Counted from the stretch's first letter, positions 1-10,520 are shown. The stretch is DNA of 64,000 nucleotides from Candidatus Sysuiplasma jiujiangense (GCA_019721075.1 JAHEAD010000009.1:29888-93887), one strand, 5' to 3'. A program made the numbers and translations. Notes: a model not told the origin generated them from the letters alone.

Positions 1-155
1 TCATTTTCCTGACTGGTATTTTCCTGACCGGTAAATTCATTATGTAATATTCAGTAAATAAAATATAGCCTGTCATTATGCCATCCGGGGATTCTCAGCA
101 TCACGCAGGGATAAGAAAAAACTCTCCTGCCGGCGAACAGCGCCTGCATAACCAT

Positions 156-761
156 TCAGCCGACGTTTTCAGCAATCCAGTTAAGTATGACGATACACTG
201 GTCAGAATGAAGACTCCTTTTGGAGATCGAAATCCTTTTCGGATCAACTGATTCAAGAAGTTTTTCCTCGCCTGGCGTCAAATCCCTGTGATCGCCGAGA
301 AAGGAAGTAAAAGGTATCGACAGCGACTGGACAGGCTGGCCGTCCTCCCTGAGATAGTACGGTGTGGTGGAGGCAGAGATGGATTTCAGCAGTACGGCGG
401 CTGGTGCGTTGATGAAATAAATACCGGGACTCGAAAAACCCTCCGTTGTTTTAACGGACCTGAGCAGTGCGTTTCTGAGCAACGATGCGGTTGATCTTTC
501 ATCAGGATTCAGATATCTTACAGTCGAACCGAAAATTATGATCTCCAGAGAGGTTTCAGCTTCGGCATTCAGTATGAATGCAACTGTTGCATCCTTCCGA
601 ATCATATTCGATGCAAGAAGAGCGGAGGTAAGGCACCTGGCGGCCACATCTGCTCTTCCGCCGCTACCCGGTAGATCATTAAGGCTGAAACTGCCGTCGC
701 GGGGGACATCATGCAGGAAAATTACAAAACGTTTGGACCCCAATGGAAGGGCGTCAGTCAT
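156..761 (-). CDS. trmY: tRNA (pseudouridine54-N1)-methyltransferase TrmY-like, SPOUT family
   Basis: Motifs SLNDLPGSGGRADVAARC, PDERS..LRNAL, SPGIYF and FLGDHRDL...KRISIS...HSDQCIVILN line up with remembered MJ1640/TrmY sequences. Confidence 0.7.
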   Translation of the reverse strand: MTDALPLGSKRFVIFLHDVPRDGSFSLNDLPGSGGRADVAARCLTSALLASNMIRKDATVAFILNAEAETSLEIIIFGSTVRYLNPDERSTASLLRNALLRSVKTTEGFSSPGIYFINAPAAVLLKSISASTTPYYLREDGQPVQSLSIPFTSFLGDHRDLTPGEEKLLESVDPKRISISKRSLHSDQCIVILNWIAENVG

Positions 762-2091
762 CAGTTGCCTTCTGCTCCTTCATCTGTTTCATCAGCTGTC
801 TCCTTATCTGCCTGTTTCCCAGGAAACCCTTGACGGCTCTGCGAGAGAGATTGTACTGCTTGAGCAATTCCCTCACATTTCTCTGCTCAACACCCGCCCC
901 CCTTGCAATGCGTATTATCCTGCTCGATTTGATGACTTTTGGATTGTCCAGCTCCTCGTTTGTCATTGAATCCATTATGACCCGGAACCGCTGCAGTTTC
1001 TGCTGCAGCTCGTCCGGGTCAATGTCCTTTTTCATACCCGGCATACCGGGCAGCATAGACATTATCTTCTTCAAAGGGCCGACATCAGCCATCATCTCCA
1101 TCTGCTCATACATTTCCCTGAGCGTGAAGTGGCCTGACATAATTTTGCGAGCTGTTTCTTCGGCCCTGTCCTCGTCTATCGTCTCCTTCATCTTTTCGAG
1201 AAGAGCATGTAGATCGCCCATGCCGAGCAGCCTGGAAATGAATCGTTCGGTGTCAAACGTTTCCAGGTCCTCCAGATGTTCCCCGGTTCCTATGAATATT
1301 ATCGGAGCCCCGGTATGACCTACGGCACTGAGTGCACCTCCGCCTTTCGCGGTCCCGTCCATTTTGGTGAGTATTACGCCGTTGACGTTTACAGCATCAT
1401 GAAATGCCTTTGCCTGTGCACCGGCCTGCTGCCCCACCGAGGCGTCCAGCACCAGTATCCTCTGCTCAGGTTTGACAAAATCCTCAATCCGCTTTATTTC
1501 ATCTATGAGATCCTGTTCGAGGGAATGCCGGCCGCTCGTATCTATAATCTTGACGTCGAGGGCCGAAAACTGCCTGATACCCTCCCTTACAATTTTCATT
1601 GCATCCTTTTCATTCCTGATGCCGAAAACAGGAACCTTGATCTCTTTGCCAATCTGTTCAAGCTGGTCATAAGCAGCCGGGCGGTGGACATCGGCCGCAA
1701 TGAGTCCCACGCTCAATCCCCTTTTGAACAGGAATCTGGCGAGTTTGCCGGCGGTCGTTGTCTTGCCCTGACCGTATAGACCCACGAGCATTATATTCTG
1801 CTTCTCCCGGGGAAGCTGTCTTGATTCACCGAGGATTGATGCCAGTTCCTCATAAATGATCTTTATAACATGCTCCTTGAGGCTCGCACCTGCCTGAAGC
1901 TTCTCGTTGAGAGCCCTCTCCTCCAGCTTCTTCGAAAGGGACAGCACAAGATTCACGTTGACATCGGCTTGCAACAGCGCTCTCTGGATGTCTTTCACAA
2001 TTTCCTTCAGGAATTTTTCATCAATGTTTGCAGAACCGGTTATCCTCTTGACAATCGAACGGAGCGATTCACCGAGACCTTCAAGAACCAG
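754..2091 (-). CDS. srp54: Signal recognition particle protein SRP54 (N, G and M domains). The longest canonical-start ORF is 754..1998 (GTG); homology extends upstream to 2091 with no ATG/GTG/TTG in frame.
   Basis: GLYGQGKTTT P-loop, DTSGR, TKMDG, and a Met-rich M-domain (MSMLPGMPGM). The N-terminus VLEGLGESLRS...FLKEIVKDIQRALLQADVNV matches archaeal SRP54 MVLDNLG...IKDIQRALIQADVNV. Confidence 0.85.
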   Translation of the reverse strand: MVLEGLGESLRSIVKRITGSANIDEKFLKEIVKDIQRALLQADVNVNLVLSLSKKLEERALNEKLQAGASLKEHVIKIIYEELASILGESRQLPREKQNIMLVGLYGQGKTTTAGKLARFLFKRGLSVGLIAADVHRPAAYDQLEQIGKEIKVPVFGIRNEKDAMKIVREGIRQFSALDVKIIDTSGRHSLEQDLIDEIKRIEDFVKPEQRILVLDASVGQQAGAQAKAFHDAVNVNGVILTKMDGTAKGGGALSAVGHTGAPIIFIGTGEHLEDLETFDTERFISRLLGMGDLHALLEKMKETIDEDRAEETARKIMSGHFTLREMYEQMEMMADVGPLKKIMSMLPGMPGMKKDIDPDELQQKLQRFRVIMDSMTNEELDNPKVIKSSRIIRIARGAGVEQRNVRELLKQYNLSRRAVKGFLGNRQIRRQLMKQMKEQKATDD

Positions 2092-2144
2092 AATACCACC
2101 TCAGAACTGACATCTCTTCCGCATGGACAGATATGTCACTATTT

Positions 2145-2169
2145 TTAGCTTTACAATTTAGCTTTACAA
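2145..2169. repeat. Tandem direct repeat (TTAGCTTTACAA x2) followed by a second direct repeat AGAA(A)GGGATGGG x2 (2178..2214), in the divergent srp54/psmB intergenic region next to a TATA-like TAAAAATA for srp54
   Basis: Seen directly; candidate regulator binding sites. Confidence 0.4.
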
Positions 2170-2545
2170 AAATCCCTTTAGAAAGGGATGGGCCAGTTTT
2201 GTCAGAAGGGATGGGATGCACTCTAACAACTAGCCCAAAACCCTGTCTTTTATCATAGAGACACTACTATTAAAACATTTCTGATTGTCTTTGCGTGAGG
2301 TGGAAGGAGGGGTTTGACAGTGCTTGCTTAATGCCGAGATTGCACATACATATCCAAGGCTTCGGTTCTAAAGAGACAGTTAGGTTTCAGGTAGTTCATG
2401 AACCGGCGACCCCTGAATTCAGATAATATATCAAAATCTGCCTGAAAAACAGATCCGCATGTCTTTTTTCTGTATAGACTTAAATACTTGTTTTCTCTTG
2501 AAAGAGATGAAAATCCTTTTTTTTAAGCTTGGCAGGGATTCGCTG

Positions 2546-3187
2546 ATGGAACTTTCAGAACTGAAGAAGGGAACGACGACCATAGGGATAGCGTGCAAGG
2601 ACGGAACAGTACTGGCCTCCGAAACAAGAGCCACCATGGGAAACCTGATCGCGCACAAGCATGCCGATAAAATTTACAAGCTTGATGACAACCTCGGAAT
2701 GACGACAGCGGGCCTTGTCGGGGACGATCAGGCTCTTGCGAGATACGTGAGGGCCGAGGTTGAGCTGCACAGACTGAAAAGCGCATCCTTCATGAGCGTG
2801 AAGGGCGCAGCAACGCTGACTGCAAACATTTTGCAGTCCAACAGATACATGCCTTTTTATGTCGGCCTGATCATAGGCGGTATCGACGGAGGCAAGTCCA
2901 GCGTATACGGTCTGGATGCGGCCGGCGGCATGACGGACGACGAATATGTTTCAATAGGATCAGGTTCGCCGTTCTCCCTTGGTGTACTGGAAGATCACTT
3001 TGAATCCGGCATGAATGTCAACGAGGCGACTGACATAGCAATAAGGGCCCTCCATTCTTCAATGGAAAGAGATTCCGCGAGCGGCGGAAAGGCTGTTGTT
3101 GTGAACATCACCTCCAAGGGATACGTAAAGCTTGACGAGAAGGAGATAGACAAGAGATGGTCCAGGATCCAGAAATCATCTCAATGA
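2546..3187 (+). CDS. psmB: Proteasome beta subunit with a 9-aa propeptide (MELSELKKG | TTTIG)
   Basis: Thr1 active-site context TTTIGIACKDGTVLASE, GLVGDDQ and GSGSPF, collinear with Thermoplasma PsmB. Confidence 0.9.
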   Translation: MELSELKKGTTTIGIACKDGTVLASETRATMGNLIAHKHADKIYKLDDNLGMTTAGLVGDDQALARYVRAEVELHRLKSASFMSVKGAATLTANILQSNRYMPFYVGLIIGGIDGGKSSVYGLDAAGGMTDDEYVSIGSGSPFSLGVLEDHFESGMNVNEATDIAIRALHSSMERDSASGGKAVVVNITSKGYVKLDEKEIDKRWSRIQKSSQ

Positions 3188-3280
3188 AACGGTTTAACTG
3201 ACATATTTCTCACATCAAAGCGATTTGGGATTTACTCTCATTGAACAGAGTTTCAAATGAATCCGGAAGGTAAGTAGCAG

Positions 3281-5206
3281 ATGAGTCTAGAAAGAATGCT
3301 TGAAGAAGTTAACGAAGCGGTAAAGAAAATTTTCCCTGCAGATATTGAGATTGCAAACATAGATTTCGAAGCTTCTGTGGTGGTAATATACATCAGGAAT
3401 TTCGAAAAATTTTCACAGAACACGGAACTGGTAAGACAGCTTGCCCAGTCTCTGAAGAGAAGAGTGGATATAAGGCCGGATCCATCATTGCTGGCAGACA
3501 AGGATGAGGTCGAAAAAAAGATCAGGTCAATTATACCGGACGAAGCACAGGTAATGGACATATTCTTTGACGATGAAACCGGCGAGGTTGTTATCGAGGC
3601 GATAAGCCCCGGTTCGGTGATAGGAAAGCAGGGGGCAGTTCTCAACGAGATCAAAAGAGAGACCGGCTGGGCGCCCAAGGTTGTTCGTGCTCCACCAATC
3701 GCATCCAAGACAATAAACGACATCAGGACATACATGAGGACGATATCAAACGAGCGGAAGGACTTTCTCAGGAAGGTGGGTAGACGACTTTACAGGGCCA
3801 GGATGGAAGGGGAAGGCTGGATACGCATAACATCCCTGGGAGGTTTCAGGGAGGTTGGAAGAAGCTCCACACTGCTCAGCACCAGGGAGAGCAAAGTTCT
3901 CATAGACTGCGGATTGGGAACATCGGATCAGGACAGCGGCGGGCCAAATGTTCCGGCGCCCTATCTCAGTGCACCTGAACTGCAGCCCATCGAATCGATT
4001 GATGCCGTCGTTATTACGCATGCTCACCTTGACCACACAGGCCTGCTGCCGGCGCTTTTCAAGTATGGTTATGACGGCCCTGTTTACTGCACCCCTCCCA
4101 CGCGCGATATGATGTCGATGCTCCAGCTTGATATGATCAAGGTTGCGTTCGGAGAGGGCAAGAAGCCTCCTTATGAATCATCCCATATCAGAAAGGAGGT
4201 CGCAAACTGCATAACACTGAAATACGGTGAAACTACAGACATAGCACCGGATATCAGGCTAACCTTCCAGAACGCGGGCCATATTCTAGGTTCTGCTGTA
4301 TGCCACTTCCACATAGGCGAAGGGCTGTACAACATAGCATTCAGCGGCGACATAAAGTACGAAAAGACATGGCTGTTCAATCCGGCAAACAACAAATTCC
4401 CAAGACTGGAGGCACTTGTTCTGGAGGCAACGTATGGCGGCTACAAGGACATACAGGCATCACGGCAGGAAGCTTCGATAGGTCTCAAGGAGATCGTAGA
4501 GAGGGTTCTCGGCAGGCAGGGAAAGGTCATAATTCCCGTTTTCGCAGTAGGCAGATCGCAGGAAATGATGCTAGTACTGGAGGAACTTATGAGAACCGGT
4601 CAGGTGCCGACCATTCCAGTCTGGCTCGACGGGATGATCTGGGAAGCTACAGCCATTCACACAGCCTATCCGGAATACCTTAACAGCCAGCTAAGAACGC
4701 AGATATTCCAGAATGGAGAGAATCCATTTCTCTCACCCATATTCCGAAGGGTCGACAGCAGTGAGACAAGAAACAGGATACTCAACGACACGGAACCCTG
4801 CATCGTCCTCGCCACATCGGGAATGATGAACGGCGGGCCTGTAATGGAGTACATGAAACACTGGGCAGACGATCAGAGAAATACGCTCATATTCGTCGGT
4901 TATCAGGCCGAGGGAACGCTTGGCAGAAAGATCCAGCGCGGTGCAAAGGAACTGCAGATGAGCGAGCATGGCCAGCAGATAGCGGTGCCCATAAACCTGA
5001 ATATCGAGACTGTAGACGGTTTCAGCGGCCATTCGGACAGAAGACAGCTGCTTAACTTTGTTTCCAGCATGGAGCCGAAGCCCAGCAGAATATTCCTTGG
5101 ACATGGCGAAGAGCACAAGTGCCTTGAGCTCGCGAGCACCATACACAAGAAATTCGGCATTGAAACTAAGGCGCCGATGAATCTGGAGACCGTCAGGCTC
5201 AGGTGA
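3281..5206 (+). CDS. fttA: aCPSF1/FttA: KH-domain beta-CASP metallo-beta-lactamase ribonuclease (transcription termination / RNA processing)
   Basis: N-terminal KH-like region, HAHLDHTG (HxHxDH), and C-terminal GFSGHSDRRQLLNFV beta-CASP motif C; 641 aa. Confidence 0.9.
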   Translation: MSLERMLEEVNEAVKKIFPADIEIANIDFEASVVVIYIRNFEKFSQNTELVRQLAQSLKRRVDIRPDPSLLADKDEVEKKIRSIIPDEAQVMDIFFDDETGEVVIEAISPGSVIGKQGAVLNEIKRETGWAPKVVRAPPIASKTINDIRTYMRTISNERKDFLRKVGRRLYRARMEGEGWIRITSLGGFREVGRSSTLLSTRESKVLIDCGLGTSDQDSGGPNVPAPYLSAPELQPIESIDAVVITHAHLDHTGLLPALFKYGYDGPVYCTPPTRDMMSMLQLDMIKVAFGEGKKPPYESSHIRKEVANCITLKYGETTDIAPDIRLTFQNAGHILGSAVCHFHIGEGLYNIAFSGDIKYEKTWLFNPANNKFPRLEALVLEATYGGYKDIQASRQEASIGLKEIVERVLGRQGKVIIPVFAVGRSQEMMLVLEELMRTGQVPTIPVWLDGMIWEATAIHTAYPEYLNSQLRTQIFQNGENPFLSPIFRRVDSSETRNRILNDTEPCIVLATSGMMNGGPVMEYMKHWADDQRNTLIFVGYQAEGTLGRKIQRGAKELQMSEHGQQIAVPINLNIETVDGFSGHSDRRQLLNFVSSMEPKPSRIFLGHGEEHKCLELASTIHKKFGIETKAPMNLETVRLR

Positions 5207-5256
5207 AAACTTCCCTTATCCTGACCTTTATCGCGGGAAAACAGGATTTCGGCGGC

Positions 5257-6249
5257 TCATGCAGTAACTTGTTTCCTTGCCCTGTTGTATCTTATTTCTT
5301 CCTCCACAGGTCTTTCAAGCCCCGGGAGCCATCTGTTTACGCCATCTCTTACCAGGAGAACGACGCGTGAATCCTCTCTCTCACTCTGAATCCGGTAATT
5401 TCCGAGGAGTTTTCCGAGCGTGTTTGCAAATCCCTTTATCTCCTCATGGGATGGCATGTTCCTTATCGACAGTCTTTCCCTCGAATAGCCGACGTGGACG
5501 TATCCCTTGGATTCGATGAAATGCGGCTTGGCAACGCTGTCCAGGGCAGCATATGTTTCCTCAAAACCCATTGTCCAGTCCTTTACCAGGGTATGCCTTA
5601 TTACTTTCCTGGTGTTGAGAGACGGTAGCAGCTCCAGTGTTTCCATGAGCTGCTCCCATGCATTCGATCGTATGGGAGCGCAGATCTTGGTGAAAATCTC
5701 CCTGGTGGGTGCCGCAACAGTGACATAAAGCTGGGTAGGCAGCGGGTTCAGTTTCCTCAGCACGTCCGGGTTGGTACCGTTCGTTACAAGAAAGGTAGTC
5801 ATTCCGTTTCTGTGGCATAGCTCAATGTACTCTCCGAGGCGCGAATAGGCCGTCGGTTCTCCAGTCAGGGAAATGGCAACATGCTTTGGCGACTGGGATT
5901 CCTCCCATTTCGTGAGCGTGCATCTCGGATCCCCCTTGTACCCGCTCATCAGTTTCTTCTGCGCCTCTATCGACTTTTCCAGTATGAACGACGGGTCATC
6001 CTCGACATCGATATGATCCTCCTGGAAATCCTGGAATCGCCAGCAGAACTGGCAGTTTTCCGAGCACTGGTTAACCGCAGGCGTCATCTGCATGCATCTG
6101 TGCGACGCAATGCCGTAAAAACTCTGCTTGTAGCACCCCCTGTCATGTATCATGCTCTCCCTGGTCCAGTGGCATACCTTTACAGCGCTGTGTTCACCCA
6201 CCACCTTGTAATGCTGCTTTTCAAGCACAGCCTTTCTTTGGGAATCCAT
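5257..6249 (-). CDS. taw1: tRNA wybutosine-synthesis radical-SAM enzyme TYW1/Taw1 (4-demethylwyosine synthase)
   Basis: Radical-SAM cysteine cluster CSENCQFC plus a second Cys cluster; the internal Met at MDSQRKAV gives the typical ~330 aa length. Confidence 0.8.
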   Translation of the reverse strand: MDSQRKAVLEKQHYKVVGEHSAVKVCHWTRESMIHDRGCYKQSFYGIASHRCMQMTPAVNQCSENCQFCWRFQDFQEDHIDVEDDPSFILEKSIEAQKKLMSGYKGDPRCTLTKWEESQSPKHVAISLTGEPTAYSRLGEYIELCHRNGMTTFLVTNGTNPDVLRKLNPLPTQLYVTVAAPTREIFTKICAPIRSNAWEQLMETLELLPSLNTRKVIRHTLVKDWTMGFEETYAALDSVAKPHFIESKGYVHVGYSRERLSIRNMPSHEEIKGFANTLGKLLGNYRIQSEREDSRVVLLVRDGVNRWLPGLERPVEEEIRYNRARKQVTA

Positions 6250-6400
6250 AACGCCGATATTGCGTCTTGATATTAGAGTATTGTGAGTTTTTGCTGCTTG
6301 CTGCCGAATCCGCGATCGTATTTCATGATTCCCGTCCTGCGAGGATGAACGTGGGCCCTCGTTGAATGATGAGGTAGGTTTTTGACCCTCCAATAAGAGG

Positions 6401-7723
6401 TCATTTTGCAGCCTGCATGACCTGCATTTTACCAAGAAGGCGCGAAATTCTTTCCGAGTCTTCCGGCTCGTCGATAAGGTTTGAAACGTCCTCAACCGTG
6501 AATGACAGCCTGCCTATCATCGAAAGTGCAAACTGGTCCGAGGATTTGAATGCGCTTCTGAAAAATGGAATCACATCATCCCTTGCATGGGCGATTGAAC
6601 AGTGGCAATAACCGGCGATCTTTTCCTCCATCGACGCCCTTGACCTGATCAGTGAATTTCTGTAGCCTATCCGCATTAGCATGTAAGGGAACCTGGGCAA
6701 TGGAGAATGGCTGCTGCCCCGTGCCGCATTGCTTGCGCCTATTCCCATCAGTTCGGAAGAATAAGACCAGAATTTATAGTAGCTCAGTCTCCCTGCTCTT
6801 TCCAGGAATTCCGTAGCAAGCGCCAGCATAGCATATCCGCCGGCCAGTCTGTCGATGTTTTCCACATAATACGGGAGATTTTCATCAATCCACAGGGATA
6901 TGTGTTCCGGATCCTCGTCGAACCTGCCTAGAATTTCCCTTACCTTTCCTGGGCTGTCCGACTTAAACAGGGTTGCGAGACCATCCCGCAACTCCACTGT
7001 TTTGTCCCGCTTCTTCATAGACAAAACGTCTTCAAGAGTTACGACTTTCCTGATCGAAATCGCCTGCAGATCATTGATTGCGGCCCGCGCATCGCCGGAT
7101 GACTGTTCGATCAGTTTGAGCGCAGCATCCCTGCTGATGGATATGCCTTCGGCATCAGCTATCCTGTGAATGATGGATGCAAGTTCGTACTCGCCGATAT
7201 TTTCGAATTTGATCACCTTCGATGACTTCTTTATGAATTCGCTCCTTTTTGTCAGGCTGAAAAGATCGTTCACTATCAGAACGACCGGCTGCAGGGTGTT
7301 CCGTATAAGATCGGACACAGCCGCAATTCCTCCCCTGTCCTCCCTGCTGTGTATATTATCAGCCTCATCGAGAATTATCAGATGGCGTTTGCCCTTCTCA
7401 ATTGAAAAATATTCTCCATTCTGGGCGAAGGTATTCGTGCCTGAACCCGGGATCACAACTCTCCGTATTTCCTTTTCGCCTCTCTTGTCCGATGCATTCA
7501 TCTCTATGAAATCCCATCCGAATTCCTTCGCAAGCGCGATCGCACTTGAAGTCTTTCCGACACCAGGCGGGCCTGAAAGTATGGCAGCGCGGATTTCCGG
7601 CGGCTCCCTGCCTGACCATGTTTCAGCCCATTTTTGAAGCGCAGCCTTAGCCTGCTTGTTCCCTGCAATTTCAGCCAGGGTTGAAGGCCTGTATTTTTCG
7701 CTCCAGGCGATCTCGTATTTCAT
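6401..7723 (-). CDS. rfcL: Replication factor C large subunit
   Basis: WSEKYRP start, Walker A ILSGPPGVGKTSSA, Walker B LIILDEAD and SRED-like region. Confidence 0.9.
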   Translation of the reverse strand: MKYEIAWSEKYRPSTLAEIAGNKQAKAALQKWAETWSGREPPEIRAAILSGPPGVGKTSSAIALAKEFGWDFIEMNASDKRGEKEIRRVVIPGSGTNTFAQNGEYFSIEKGKRHLIILDEADNIHSREDRGGIAAVSDLIRNTLQPVVLIVNDLFSLTKRSEFIKKSSKVIKFENIGEYELASIIHRIADAEGISISRDAALKLIEQSSGDARAAINDLQAISIRKVVTLEDVLSMKKRDKTVELRDGLATLFKSDSPGKVREILGRFDEDPEHISLWIDENLPYYVENIDRLAGGYAMLALATEFLERAGRLSYYKFWSYSSELMGIGASNAARGSSHSPLPRFPYMLMRIGYRNSLIRSRASMEEKIAGYCHCSIAHARDDVIPFFRSAFKSSDQFALSMIGRLSFTVEDVSNLIDEPEDSERISRLLGKMQVMQAAK

Positions 7724-8453
7724 CAGAATGAAGCAATGATATCCGCGCCTTAAATGCCTTTTTTGTTCAAGTCTCATATCGTTATATGTCTAATAGTTAG
7801 TAAATTATGCCATACATATACAAACAATAATTAAACACTAATATGCTATATTCGGCTAAATTGCAAAGCGTGCGATCAAATGGAGAAGGATCGACCTATC
7901 CATCCATGCAGAACTGATTATGCTCAAGCCTGAGTAAATAGCGATAAGAGAAATTGTTATCCGCGTAGACAGAAAATTACAAAACTCAAATAACGGGTCT
8001 CATGAACACTCAATTTTGATCTGAAGAGAACTTGAAAGGGATCTTCATAAACATGTCAGTTGAAATTCAGCATTGATTATGAATATTATTATTGGATTAT
8101 GCTCGTCTCATCAAATTATATGTTAAACATATAATAGCTCTGACTTCCTGGCCCAATATCTGAATTTATTCCCTGTAATACACTATCAAGCTAAATAATA
8201 ATAGGTATACACTGTATTGGATAAATTAATATTTGTCGATAGTTATTTTCACTGTACATCCATTTCCGTAAAGTCCTGTCAAGGCATTATACGGGGGATA
8301 TTCACAGAGAGCGGATCCAAAACCTGTTGTTTCCGCAATATCCGGCCCGATTGCCTGATCCGGTTTTCAGTGGATCGATGCATAGTGTGTCGGTTAATGC
8401 GCAATATCAGGGACTGTGGCGCCTGGAGAGGAATAAGACAATCCACGATCCGT

Positions 8454-8493
8454 ACATTCACGTAAATGTCGGTGAACCGATATTTACGTGAAT
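8454..8493. repeat. 13-bp perfect inverted repeat CATTCACGTAAAT / ATTTACGTGAATG around a 14-bp near-palindromic spacer, inside the AT-rich region downstream of the truncated serine recombinase
   Basis: Seen directly; candidate recombinase crossover or binding site. Confidence 0.5.
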
Positions 8494-8776
8494 GCGCAAT
8501 AATGTTCTTCAATTTCTTTTGTGCTCCACAAGATACCGCTGGAAATGCACGGAGCGGCGCCGCACGGATTTTAACATTGTGTATCGCGAAAGCAAATTTA
8601 TTCATTCATGTAATGGCACAACTGCAGGGGCACAACCGCCGTTTCACACATTTCAACATCAAGATGAATGGATAAATGATATGAGCAATTAGCATAGATC
8701 GAATATCGTGTCATTCACAGTTTGTCACGTCGCATGCTCTCAATGACCGTGATTTATGCGCTGCGTCATGCAATCG

Positions 8777-9658
8777 TCAGGCCGAGGCACATACACCGAA
8801 CTCGCCATTTACAAGCTTTTGAATCTGCATAATACGGCAGCTGTCGCCGCGACTCCTAAGTTGCCTGAGTCTCTGGGCCGCATTCCACTTTTCCTGATCT
8901 ACTATAGGTGTGTGTTTTCCTTTCCAGTAGAACAGGCTCCACCTGTGATATCCGGCGTAAAGCGGATTTGTCAGCACGTTGAGGACAGTCTGCCTCGTCC
9001 ACTCTTTCAAATTTTTTGTCTTAATGTCTTTCATGTTCATGCCTGTCGCTATGTCCTGGAGGCTATGCCCTTTCAGATATTCATCGTAAATCCGCTTCAC
9101 CACCATAGCTTCGCGATCCTCCACCTTCAGCCCGCCTTCCTCATAGCGGTAACCATATGGATGATTGAAGCCAAGAATACCGTTTCCCTCTTTAGCCTTC
9201 TGAAGCATTCCCATTTTCACTCTCTCGGCTATCATACCACGCTCAAACTCAGCCACACTGCCTAGCATATTAAAAATAAGTTTGCCTGCAGGAGTCGTTG
9301 TATCAAAGGGTTCGGTCGCACTCTTGAAATACACTCCGCTCTCATCCATTTCATGGACCAGGTTAGACAGATCCCTCATATTCCTGGAGAGCCTGTCCAG
9401 CTTGTAAACAAGTATCAGATCAAAATTCTTCTTTCTGAGATCCTCTCTCAACTTCAAAAAGGCGGGTCTGTTCAAATTGCCCCCGGAGAATCCGGCATCT
9501 TCGTAAATTTCGGAGAGCTCCCACCCCTGACTGACTATGTACGCCTTGAGCCTGTCCCGCTGGGCAGCAATGCTGTAACCCTCCTCGGCCTGTTCAGTGG
9601 TTGAAACCCTGAGATATATCGCTACCCGCATGTGCATCCGACGATTGTCAGACATCAA
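8777..9658 (-). pseudogene. Large serine recombinase (resolvase/invertase catalytic domain + start of recombinase domain), truncated; the Zn-ribbon/coiled-coil C-terminal half is absent
   Basis: Catalytic serine in MRVAIYLRVSTTEQ, then AGFSG, YKLDRLSRN and the first ~130 aa of the recombinase domain (GFNHPYGYRY...NPLYAGYHRW), then a stop. Downstream is ~1 kb of AT-rich DNA without ORFs. Confidence 0.6.
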
Positions 9659-9707
9659 CCTTCATGAATATAATTCTTTCAAATCAGCGAGGAGCAGCAT
9701 CAACACG

Positions 9708-10193
9708 ATGTTATTGGGACTTTCTAAATACATGAATGACCCTTTTTCAGTCGTGAACGAAGAAATAAAGAAAAAAATCGAACATTTTGGCGGCCTGCTG
9801 GATGAACAGACGGCAAAACTGCTGATCGATTACGAGAATGGAAAGTTTGACGAGGAGAGAAAGGAAAAATTGCGCGCAAAAATTTACAAATCACTCAACT
9901 CAAGGATCGAAGCGCTTGTACTGGAGGTACAAATGCCTCGGGAATACAGGAAAAAGAATGAAGAGACGGGAAAAATACTTTCCATAAAGGTATTTGTAAA
10001 TCAGAGAGAGGCATCGCTTACATTCTGGGACTCCCAGATAGAAAAAATCGATATCGGAAAATTTTCAGAGGGAAAGAAGATTGTCATGGTGAACTGCCAT
10101 CTAAGCGAGGGAAAATTCGGGCTACAGATTAACACAGGTAAGGGCGGGGTAATTTCAACAGAAACAGGTGAGTTGATATTCAGCGCATATTAA
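9708..10193 (+). CDS. Hypothetical OB-fold nucleic-acid-binding (RPA-like) protein
   Basis: The C-terminal segment ILSIKVFVNQREASLTFWDSQIEKIDIGKFSEGKKIVMVNCHLSEGKFGLQINTGKGGVI resembles ssDNA-binding OB folds (..TG.i.vtlWd...). The start was chosen at an internal Met to avoid overlap with the recombinase. Confidence 0.4.
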   Translation: MLLGLSKYMNDPFSVVNEEIKKKIEHFGGLLDEQTAKLLIDYENGKFDEERKEKLRAKIYKSLNSRIEALVLEVQMPREYRKKNEETGKILSIKVFVNQREASLTFWDSQIEKIDIGKFSEGKKIVMVNCHLSEGKFGLQINTGKGGVISTETGELIFSAY

Positions 10194-10379
10194 TTTAGCA
10201 CGCATATGTATTAGATAAAATTAATTATGTTCGACAAGAACTTCGGTGGCAATACGAAATCTGATTACGGATTAACGAGCAGGGATTGTGCATGCCTGCG
10301 AAACAACCTGACAGCTCTGATTCTTCAATCCTCACCCTGGCGGGATTGTCCGCATACAGAGATTTTCACACATATATAG

Positions 10380-10520
10380 ATATATGTCTATAAATCAAAT
10401 ATTAAAATGCATATAATTCAATATAACATTAACTACAATTTAATATTAATATAAAAGTTTTAAATTAACATAAAATATTAAATATAAATTAAATATATAT
10501 TGCCATATAACAGTGATTTA
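10380..10520. repeat. Extreme AT-rich low-complexity block with reiterated AATATTAAA/TAAATATA units, upstream of the GH15 gene
   Basis: Base composition and short degenerate repeats seen directly. Confidence 0.5.

Noticed and set aside
743-1318. 191-aa plus-strand ORF antisense to srp54. Other long antisense ORFs (3253..3735, 46926..47615, 52817..53431, 35508..36071) are similar.
   Set aside because: Each overlaps a strongly motif-supported gene on the other strand and lacks any recognisable domain.
9597-9707. Upstream extension of the OB-fold ORF (start at 9597)
   Set aside because: The first 37 codons overlap the 5' end of the recombinase gene on the opposite strand. The internal Met start (9708) is more plausible.
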